The notes under the pieces: model-generated | Told to the model about the DNA's origin: nothing | The model's input: only the letters and a program-made list of their open reading frames with translations | Databases searched by the model: none | Translations under genes and position numbers: made by a program | Source of the DNA: Pseudidiomarina andamanensis | GTDB lineage: Bacteria; Pseudomonadota; Gammaproteobacteria; Enterobacterales; Alteromonadaceae | Length of the DNA: 32,000 nucleotides | Direction of reading: 5' to 3' | NCBI RefSeq assembly: GCF_009734345.1 | Contig: NZ_CP032551.1 | Span: 1,110,001-1,142,000 of the forward strand | Part shown: positions 19,153-26,621 of the stretch, piece after piece | How positions within the stretch are numbered: position 1 is the first letter of the stretch | Layout: each line of letters opens with the position of its first letter

Positions 19153-20265
19153 ATGAAGATGCCTTCCTGGCACCGTGCTGTACTAAAAGTAGGCAGTGCG
19201 TTGATTGCACCAGACGATACAGGAACGAGCAGTAAATACTTATTAGCTATCGCTCGATTTATTATTGAGTGTCATGAGCGCGGACAGGAAATTGTTCTCG
19301 TTTCATCGGGTAGCGCTGCAGCTGGCAGAAAACATATCAGCTTTGATGGCGATCAGCTTCCGGTGACGATAAAAAAAGCGATGGCTGCTGTTGGACAAAA
19401 CGACATGATGGCAAACTGGTCGCGTTTTTTTGACTTCCCGTGTGCTCAAGTATTGATGACGCATGGCGACTTACGCGATCGCGCTCGTTATGTCAGTGTC
19501 CGAAACACACTTCGAACATTGTTAGAACACGATGTATTACCTATCGTTAATGAGAACGATGCGTTAGCTACCGATGAAATGAAAGTTGGTGATAACGATA
19601 ATCTCGCGGCAATGGTTGCTACCCTCGTTGACGCTGATGCGTTATTCATCTGCTCCGATATTGACGGATTATTTGATGCTGATCCGCGAGTAAAGCCTGA
19701 TGCGAAAAAAATTCCAGAGGTGGACGAGATCACTGAGGAAATTTTTGCGCTAGCTGGCGGCACCACAAATAAAATTGCGACAGGCGGCATGCGTACCAAG
19801 ATTGAGGCGGCTGAAAAAGCGACCTCTCACGGTATCGATACGTATATCGTGAATGGTCGGAAAGGCGAAACCTTCGAGCACATGTTACGCGGTGACAACC
19901 CGGGCACTTTGTTCAAGCGCCAGCAAGATCCAATGAGCAATAAAAAACACTGGTTGCGCCACACCTTGATTTCGCAGGGTGAACTGGTTATCGACGAGGA
20001 ATCTGCAGCAGCACTTGGCCGCGGCGAGTCGTTAACAACAAGCGGTATTGTAGATGTTCAAGGCGATTTCAATCGCGGTGATGCCGTGGTGATTCGTTGC
20101 GGAAGTACGGCTGAGGCAATCGGTAAAGGCATTTGCCAATATAGCTCACACGAATTGATGCACATAAAAGGGCAAGAAATAAGTGATATAGCCGAAGCAT
20201 ACGGCTACAGCCCAATCTCTGAAGTAATTGAGAGTAACGATTTAATGATACTGGAGGACGAATGA
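19153..20265 (+). CDS. proB: Glutamate 5-kinase (with C-terminal PUA domain)
   Basis: 370 aa. LKVGSALI, VSSGS.AAG, NENDA, VGDND.L.A, LSD.DGL-like SDIDGLFDADP, GGM.TK..AA, and the PUA segment G.L.ID..A. Confidence 0.9.
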   Translation: MKMPSWHRAVLKVGSALIAPDDTGTSSKYLLAIARFIIECHERGQEIVLVSSGSAAAGRKHISFDGDQLPVTIKKAMAAVGQNDMMANWSRFFDFPCAQVLMTHGDLRDRARYVSVRNTLRTLLEHDVLPIVNENDALATDEMKVGDNDNLAAMVATLVDADALFICSDIDGLFDADPRVKPDAKKIPEVDEITEEIFALAGGTTNKIATGGMRTKIEAAEKATSHGIDTYIVNGRKGETFEHMLRGDNPGTLFKRQQDPMSNKKHWLRHTLISQGELVIDEESAAALGRGESLTTSGIVDVQGDFNRGDAVVIRCGSTAEAIGKGICQYSSHELMHIKGQEISDIAEAYGYSPISEVIESNDLMILEDE

Positions 20266-21515
20266 GTACTCAGTTAGCTGAACAAATTTCAAAACGCGCA
20301 GCGGTTGCTGCCCGTGCTGTTGCCAACTTATCAGAAGCAAACAAAAATCAAGTATTGCAACGCATGGCGGACGCCATTCGCGCAGCCAAGAGCACTATTT
20401 TGGCAGTGAATGAGAAAGACATGGCAGCCGGAAAAGAAAAAGGCTTATCAGAAGCCATGCTAGACCGACTGCAACTAAATGACGAGCGCATCGAAGGAAT
20501 GGCTAGCGCCATCGAAGAGATTATCGGACTCTCTGATCCGGTTGGTGAGCGCAAACATTTTGAAACGCGTCCAAATGGTATTCAAGTGGACAAAATGCGC
20601 ATTCCGTTGGGCGTTATCTGTATGATTTATGAAGCGCGTCCAAATGTGACCGCCGATGCTGGCGCTCTATGCTTTAAATCTGGTAATGCTGTTATCTTAC
20701 GCTGCGGCCGAGAAGCCATTGAAACCAGTAAAGCTATTGCTGATGCGCTTCATCAAGCTCTTCGTGATAGCGACTTACCAGAAGACGTGATTACTGTCGT
20801 ACCGTCGCCTGATCGTGAATTGATGACCGAGTTACTGAAGCAAGACAAGTATGTAGATTTGGTTATTCCTCGCGGTGGCGAAGGCCTAATTCATTTTGTT
20901 AGTGACAACAGTAAGATTCCGGTGATTCAGCACTATAAAGGCGTGTGTCATTTATACATCGACAAAGATGCAGATCTGGACAAAGCTTTAAACATCTTAT
21001 TAAACGGTAAGACTCAACGTACTGGCGTATGTAATGCGCTCGAAGGTCTCGTCGTACATCAAGATATCGCACCAACATTTTTACCAGTTGCTGCAAAAGC
21101 GTTAGCTGAAAAAGGTGTTGTGATTCACTCAGACAGTGCTTCAGCTGGCTATTTTGATAATCCAGATGTGATTGCCGACGATGCGTTTGGTGAAGAGTAC
21201 TTGGCGCTTGAAATTGCCGTGAAAACCGTGAAAGACTTTGATCAAGCACTTGATCATATCCACAACTTTGGCAGCGGTCATACCGAAGTTATCGTCACCG
21301 AGAACAAAGAAGCTGCTGACCGCTTTATTCGTGAAGTCGATTCAGCCGTGACTATGGCAAATGCTTCTTCTCGATTCAGCGATGGCGGTCAACTTGGCTT
21401 AGGTGCTGAGATTGGTATTTCTACCAGTAAGCTACATGCATACGGTCCGATGGGCTTACAAGCACTTACTACCGAGAAGTTTGTAGTAACTGGTACTGGA
21501 CAGATACGCGAGTAA
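20262..21515 (+). CDS. proA: Gamma-glutamyl phosphate reductase
   Basis: 417 aa. IYEARPNVT.DA, KSGNAVILR.G.EA, IPRGG..LI, GVCHLY.D, CNA.E.L.VH, HGS.HTE.I.T and NASTRF.DG-like NASSRFSDGGQ. 4-nt overlap with proB. Confidence 0.9.
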   Translation: MSTQLAEQISKRAAVAARAVANLSEANKNQVLQRMADAIRAAKSTILAVNEKDMAAGKEKGLSEAMLDRLQLNDERIEGMASAIEEIIGLSDPVGERKHFETRPNGIQVDKMRIPLGVICMIYEARPNVTADAGALCFKSGNAVILRCGREAIETSKAIADALHQALRDSDLPEDVITVVPSPDRELMTELLKQDKYVDLVIPRGGEGLIHFVSDNSKIPVIQHYKGVCHLYIDKDADLDKALNILLNGKTQRTGVCNALEGLVVHQDIAPTFLPVAAKALAEKGVVIHSDSASAGYFDNPDVIADDAFGEEYLALEIAVKTVKDFDQALDHIHNFGSGHTEVIVTENKEAADRFIREVDSAVTMANASSRFSDGGQLGLGAEIGISTSKLHAYGPMGLQALTTEKFVVTGTGQIRE

Positions 21516-21526
21516 TTGACTCGCGT
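21506..21526 (+). other. Weak stem-loop after proA (acgcgagt-aattg-actcgcgt)
   Basis: An 8-bp stem spanning the proA stop codon, followed only by TT. It is a possible weak terminator between convergent genes. Confidence 0.3.
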
Positions 21527-21560
21527 TTACTGGCTTGGCCAAACGTTTAAAGCATATACC

Positions 21561-23579
21561 TCAGCTATATGCCTCAACTAAAAGTGGCCAATCTCGTGTT
21601 TCATCGAAGTGAAATGCTTGATTGGTCTCTTTTGCTTTTGTTAACTCTTTATTAAATGAGCGTAGTAAGCGCCGCAGGTTAGCTTCACGCCATTCACCTT
21701 CTGCTCTAAATCCACATTTATCAAAATCCACAATCCAGCACTTACTGCTGTCATCAAGCATGATGTTATGGCAATTTAAATCAGAATGATAAACCCCAGC
21801 ACAATGCAACTCGCGTATTGTATTGCCAACCTGTTGCCACTCTGATGCAACTAGAGGCCGCTGTAATAGTAATTTAAATAAGTCTTGAGCACCTGGAATC
21901 ACCTCAACCAGAATATCTGCGCGATAGCCCCATATTGGCGCTTTTACAAAACGTGCTGCCACCGGTCGTGGTACTGGTAGTTTCAATTCACGCAGTTTAA
22001 GCAACAACGAAAACTCCGCCATGGCACGACTGCTAGAGATTGGTTCCCGCTTGAAGCGATCTTTGTTAAACTTACCAACCAAACCACCTCGATAATAATG
22101 TCGCAATAATAATCCATGTTCTCCAACATCAATAAAAAATGCAGTGCTACGCCCGGTGGCCGACCCCTTGATTTTATTCTGGCTCCGCCAAAAATTCGCC
22201 TCAAAATGTTTCGTTGTGCACCCTTCTAGAACCGACGGGTCATACCAAATCTCTGTGTTATTGTTCGGCTTCGTAGTTTTTATCATCGACATCGTCCTTA
22301 CGTTTTCGGTGCCGTGCGTCAAAGGTAGGAAGCGTTTGATATCCTTCAAAATAGCTTCGGTTGCACCTTGGTCGTTAGCAAATTCATCAAATGCACGCTT
22401 AGCATATTCAGCTGTTTTCTTGGGATCCCTTAACCACTCATTCCAAACAGCGGCTAACGTTCTCGCATCAGTCACAATCTGAACACCGTTCACCGCTTTT
22501 AAGCGCTGATAAATTTCATCAAAATTGAATACGTGGGGCCCGGATATAACTGGCGTTTGGGTTGCAATTGGCTCTAGTGGGTTATGCCCGCCTCGCTCAA
22601 TCAGGCTTCCACCAACAAAAGCGGCATCTGCGACGGCATACCACAACAATAACTCACCCATTGAATCAGCAAGAAAAACTTGATGAGCAGCCTGTATTGC
22701 TTGCTCTGCACTTCGGCGCACAAAGTTAAACTGCTTCTGTTCAATCAATCGAGCGACAGCATCGAAACGCTCTGGGTGACGCGGAACGATGATTAACAGC
22801 GCTGTTGGGTGCGGTTCCAATACCAAGCTAAACGCTTCAAGAATTTGTACATCTTCTCCTTCATGCGTACTGGCAGCGACTAGTACCGGGCGGTTTAATT
22901 CATCACGCCAGCTTTGGGATTGTTGGCGTAGGTCATCACTCACCTGAAAATCGTGCTTTAAATTTCCCCGCACGGCGAGTTTATTGGCCGGTACTTGGAG
23001 TGATGCAAAGCGCTCGGCGCTACCTTTGGTTTGCGCCGCAATAAAATCAACGCTCTGCCAGATGGGTCCAAGCAACCAAGCATATTTTTGATAGCCTTTT
23101 GCAGAACGTTCCGACATCCGTGCGTTAACAACTAAAACAGGTATGTTTCGCAGCTGACATTGCTCGAGCAAGCAAGGCCAAATTTCGGTTTCAAGTACAA
23201 TCAGCAAGCGAGGGCTAAGTTTACTCACAAAGCGCTGCATCGCTGCTGGCGTATCAATCGGCAGGTAACTATGAAAGACGCGGTCACCAAACAGTTTCAG
23301 CGCCATTTCAGCCGCTGTCGGTGTCATTGATGTCAATGTCACCGAAAGGTGCGGATAGGTCCGTAAAACGCTCTCGATAAGCCCCCTAGCCGCGACCGTT
23401 TCACCAACCGAAACACAGTGAATTACAATGCCATCGCGAGCTTGTGGGGGAAAATCATGAAGAGCAAGGCGCTCACTCCAGCGTTTTCGATAGGCTGGAG
23501 CCTTCGCTCCGCGAAGCCACAGGTAAATAAATACCAATGGCGTCAGGAGCCGAATGAGCAATCTATACCAAACGGTCAT
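21561..23579 (-). CDS. waaA: In-frame fusion: 3-deoxy-D-manno-octulosonic acid (Kdo) transferase WaaA (about aa 1-425) + Kdo kinase KdkA (about aa 430-672)
   Basis: A single 672-codon ORF without a stop. The N-part is collinear with E. coli WaaA (LRGAKAPAYRKRWSER, IHCVSVGET, ASTHEGED, VPRHPERF, GGSLIERGGHNPLEP). The C-part is collinear with H. influenzae-type KdkA (GSATGRSTAFFI, LRHYYRGGLVGKFNKDRF, FSLL..L....LPVP.P, YRADILVE, HSDLNCHNIMLD, IVDFDK). Confidence 0.85.
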   Translation of the reverse strand: MTVWYRLLIRLLTPLVFIYLWLRGAKAPAYRKRWSERLALHDFPPQARDGIVIHCVSVGETVAARGLIESVLRTYPHLSVTLTSMTPTAAEMALKLFGDRVFHSYLPIDTPAAMQRFVSKLSPRLLIVLETEIWPCLLEQCQLRNIPVLVVNARMSERSAKGYQKYAWLLGPIWQSVDFIAAQTKGSAERFASLQVPANKLAVRGNLKHDFQVSDDLRQQSQSWRDELNRPVLVAASTHEGEDVQILEAFSLVLEPHPTALLIIVPRHPERFDAVARLIEQKQFNFVRRSAEQAIQAAHQVFLADSMGELLLWYAVADAAFVGGSLIERGGHNPLEPIATQTPVISGPHVFNFDEIYQRLKAVNGVQIVTDARTLAAVWNEWLRDPKKTAEYAKRAFDEFANDQGATEAILKDIKRFLPLTHGTENVRTMSMIKTTKPNNNTEIWYDPSVLEGCTTKHFEANFWRSQNKIKGSATGRSTAFFIDVGEHGLLLRHYYRGGLVGKFNKDRFKREPISSSRAMAEFSLLLKLRELKLPVPRPVAARFVKAPIWGYRADILVEVIPGAQDLFKLLLQRPLVASEWQQVGNTIRELHCAGVYHSDLNCHNIMLDDSSKCWIVDFDKCGFRAEGEWREANLRRLLRSFNKELTKAKETNQAFHFDETRDWPLLVEAYS

Positions 23580-23585
23580 TAACGC

Positions 23586-24326
23586 TTAGCGCCAGTACTC
23601 TTTGATCCAAGTTGTCGGAAGTACCTTGCGGTACCATTTCCCGCTACGACCAGCCAGTGCATCATCTGGATGTGGGCGGCCATGGAAAATGATCACCTTC
23701 GCGCCTTCAGGAATACGCGGCTGCTGGAAGAAACTTAACGGGAATGGCCGCAAACAATGACGTTTAAAGCTCCGGCACCATTGCGCTGGCCAATATTTTA
23801 ACTTGCCTTGGCGCGCAACAAACTGCGTTATAAACTCTTGTTCGTTGCGGACATCCTTTCGCGAGCCAACCGGATCGGCCTTTAGGTGCTCTAAGGCATC
23901 AACATGTGCACCGATGTTAAAGCGGAATACCGAGGTATTACCGGTTGCGTCTGATTTGTCCCATTCTTTGATAACCAAGAATTCACCTTCAGGCTCAAAA
24001 AACTCGTCTAAGCTTCCAACAATAACAATATCAAGGTCGAGGAATAACGTAGGGCCTTGCAAGTCATATAGCGGATCAGCGAAGCAGGTTAGCTTCAACC
24101 AACCGTGAGCAAACGTCCATGGCTTGCGTTGATCAAAATCTTCAAACCCAATCTCTGGAATTGGCTTTACTTCAACTTCATCGCGAATTCCTTCAGCGTC
24201 ATCAGTGAAGCAAACAAAGCGATATGGCAATGAAATATTGCGGCTGACCATTGAGTACAATGTGTTGACGTAATCAGAGCCGTACTTTTTGCCCCATTTG
24301 ATACAAATAATATTAACTGGCTGCAT
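23586..24326 (-). CDS. Putative GT-A-like glycosyltransferase / uncharacterised DxD protein heading the waaA operon
   Basis: 246 aa and soluble. NIICIKWGKKYGSDYVNTLYSMVSRN...RFVCFTDD and a DxD-like LFLDLDIVIV. The stop lies 6 nt before the waaA start. I cannot assign a family from memory. Confidence 0.4.
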   Translation of the reverse strand: MQPVNIICIKWGKKYGSDYVNTLYSMVSRNISLPYRFVCFTDDAEGIRDEVEVKPIPEIGFEDFDQRKPWTFAHGWLKLTCFADPLYDLQGPTLFLDLDIVIVGSLDEFFEPEGEFLVIKEWDKSDATGNTSVFRFNIGAHVDALEHLKADPVGSRKDVRNEQEFITQFVARQGKLKYWPAQWCRSFKRHCLRPFPLSFFQQPRIPEGAKVIIFHGRPHPDDALAGRSGKWYRKVLPTTWIKEYWR

Positions 24327-24392
24327 GATGTTCCTGCCTGAGGGTTAACTAATTTAATAGACGCATAATGCCAAATTTTCAGTGATCTCGCT

Positions 24393-24415
24393 ATGCTAAA
24401 ACACGTATTTAGCAT
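24393..24415. promoter_or_regulatory. Perfect inverted repeat ATGCTAAA-acacgta-TTTAGCAT upstream of the photolyase-family gene (candidate operator)
   Basis: Read directly. The arms are 24393-24400 and 24408-24415, 33 bp upstream of the ATG at 24448. A TATAAC -10-like hexamer lies at 24424-24429. The site is in the divergent region shared with the LPS operon. Confidence 0.35.
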
Positions 24416-24447
24416 TGATTCCCTATAACTTAGCGTAGATTTAACAG

Positions 24448-26049
24448 ATGACCACTCAATCGTCGTTCCGACCACTCACCGAATTCAGTTTGAATCGCCG
24501 TCCTGATGATTCAATAGCAACTTTAGCCCTAGTTCTCGGTGATCAACTGAACGCCGGACATAGCTGGTTCAAAACGGTTGATAACAATCGTCTCTTTGTG
24601 CTCATGGAAGTACGCGAGGAAACCGACTACACGCAACATCACATCCAGAAAGTTGTCGGATTTTTTGCCGCGATGCGAAATTTTGCAAACGCGTTAAGCA
24701 ACGCTGGGCACAAAGTTTGTTACATTGAATTAGACGATCCAAACAACCTCCAAAGCGTCACCAAGAATTTATCTTTGCTTCTCAAAATTCTTCCGAAAGC
24801 TCAACAAGTTCAGCTACAACAACCAGACGAATATCGTGTTGACCACTATTTACAAGATTGGGCTGAGCACCAGTCGGTCGAAGTGAAATGGTATGGCAGT
24901 GAGCACTTCTTAACTCAACGCAGCGTATTAAATGATTGGTTTCCAGATAAAGAGAGCTTTTTGATGGAATCGTTTTACCGACGGGTTCGTCAACAAACGG
25001 GTTATCTCATGGAAAATGATAAACCTATTGGGGGTAAATGGAATTTTGATAAAGAGAATCGCAACAAACTCGCAAATAAGCAAGATGTCCCGAGTCCGTT
25101 ACTGTTTTCACATGACGTGACTGACATCGTTACAATGCTTGAGAAAAAGGAAGTTGGAACAATCGGCAGGATTGATTCGCAGCGCTTCATTTGGCCAACA
25201 TCGAGGCTTGAATCGAGACAGCTACTCGACTTCTTCGTTGAAAATTTATTAGAGAACTTTGGTCGTTATCAAGATGCGATGCACACTGACCACTGGTCAC
25301 TCTTTCATGCTCGTTTATCTTTTTCACTGAATACAAAAATGCTTAGTCCACGTGAAGTGGTAGAGAAAGCGATTTCGTTTTGGCAGACCAACCCATCTCG
25401 CGTGAACATGGCGCAAATTGAAGGGTTCGTACGACAAATTATTGGATGGAGAGAGTTTGTTCGAGCTATTTACTGGAACCACATGCCGAACTATTCAACC
25501 ACTAATTTCTTCAACAACAAAGCGCCTCTACCCAGCTACTACTGGACAGGTAAAACAAATATGCAATGCATGGCAAAAAGCATTCAGCAATCTCTTGAAT
25601 TGAGCTATGCACACCACATTCAACGTTTAATGGTGACCGGCAACTTTGCCTTGCTTGCTGGCGTCAATCCTGACGACGTAGACGCTTGGTATTTAGGAAT
25701 TTATATCGACGCATTACAGTGGGTTGAATTGCCCAACACGCGCGGCATGAGCCAATTTGCTGATGGCGGCATTCTTGCAACAAAGCCATATGTATCAAGT
25801 GGCTCCTACATTAATAAAATGTCAAATTACTGCCAGAATTGTCATTACGACGTAAACCAACGCGTCGGTGAACGTGCTTGCCCTTTTAACAGTCTGTATT
25901 GGCACTTTATAGATACGCATCATGAACAGCTTAGCAATAACGCAAGAATGAGCTTAATCTTAAGCCAATGGAACAAACAAGATAAAGCAGCTAAGCAAGA
26001 GTTACTAGAGCAAGCTCATTGCTACTTAAACCAGATTGATTCGTTATAA
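24448..26049 (+). CDS. FeS-cluster bacterial cryptochrome/photolyase (FeS-BCP, PhrB/CryB-like, probable (6-4) photolyase)
   Basis: 533 aa. The N-terminus LALVLGDQLN is typical of the photolyase-related COG. Four Cys are spaced C-x88-C-x2-C-x12-C (MQCMAK ... NYCQNCHYDVNQRVGERACPFN), which matches my recollection of the 4Fe-4S ligands of Agrobacterium PhrB. Confidence 0.85.
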   Translation: MTTQSSFRPLTEFSLNRRPDDSIATLALVLGDQLNAGHSWFKTVDNNRLFVLMEVREETDYTQHHIQKVVGFFAAMRNFANALSNAGHKVCYIELDDPNNLQSVTKNLSLLLKILPKAQQVQLQQPDEYRVDHYLQDWAEHQSVEVKWYGSEHFLTQRSVLNDWFPDKESFLMESFYRRVRQQTGYLMENDKPIGGKWNFDKENRNKLANKQDVPSPLLFSHDVTDIVTMLEKKEVGTIGRIDSQRFIWPTSRLESRQLLDFFVENLLENFGRYQDAMHTDHWSLFHARLSFSLNTKMLSPREVVEKAISFWQTNPSRVNMAQIEGFVRQIIGWREFVRAIYWNHMPNYSTTNFFNNKAPLPSYYWTGKTNMQCMAKSIQQSLELSYAHHIQRLMVTGNFALLAGVNPDDVDAWYLGIYIDALQWVELPNTRGMSQFADGGILATKPYVSSGSYINKMSNYCQNCHYDVNQRVGERACPFNSLYWHFIDTHHEQLSNNARMSLILSQWNKQDKAAKQELLEQAHCYLNQIDSL

Positions 26050-26084
26050 ACGGACGTTGATAGACACCGAAAAAAGGAAATCAT

Positions 26085-26618
26085 ATGAACAAATTCTTAA
26101 TTGTCTTGCTAACCAGTTTTTTTGTTTTTGGGTGTAGTAGTAACCCAACGCCGGTAGCACCGGTTATTGAAAAATTTGAAGCAACTAAATACTTAGGGAA
26201 ATGGTATGAAATTGTGCGCTTACCGCACAGCTTTGAGGAGGGGTTAGAGCGTGTAACCGCTGAATATCGACTCAATAACGATGGTACCATTGAAGTCACT
26301 AACCGTGGCTACAATATCGAGCTGGGCGAGTGGGAAACAGCCATTGGCCATGCTAAACCCGTCGGCACTGCAATGTACAAAGTAACGTTCTTCTGGCCGT
26401 TTTATGGTGGTTACTATATTAGTGAATTGCAAACAAATGAAGCTGGCGACTATTCAGTAGCGGTCATTACGAGCGATAGTTACGAATATTTTTGGGTGCT
26501 TTCACGAACACCAAATGTGCCAGAAAGTGTTCTTGAGGAAATAATGAAAAAAGCTCAGGCTTGGGGATATGACACCAACCTGATGATTCGGGTGAATCAT
26601 CAGGCCGGATATCAATAA
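26085..26618 (+). CDS. blc: Outer-membrane lipoprotein lipocalin Blc
   Basis: 177 aa. The lipobox is FVFGC within a signal peptide, followed by the lipocalin signature YLGKWYEI and then ...Y.V...D..Y.YA-like SDSYEYFWVLSRTP. Confidence 0.85.
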   Translation: MNKFLIVLLTSFFVFGCSSNPTPVAPVIEKFEATKYLGKWYEIVRLPHSFEEGLERVTAEYRLNNDGTIEVTNRGYNIELGEWETAIGHAKPVGTAMYKVTFFWPFYGGYYISELQTNEAGDYSVAVITSDSYEYFWVLSRTPNVPESVLEEIMKKAQAWGYDTNLMIRVNHQAGYQ

Positions 26619-26621
26619 GTT

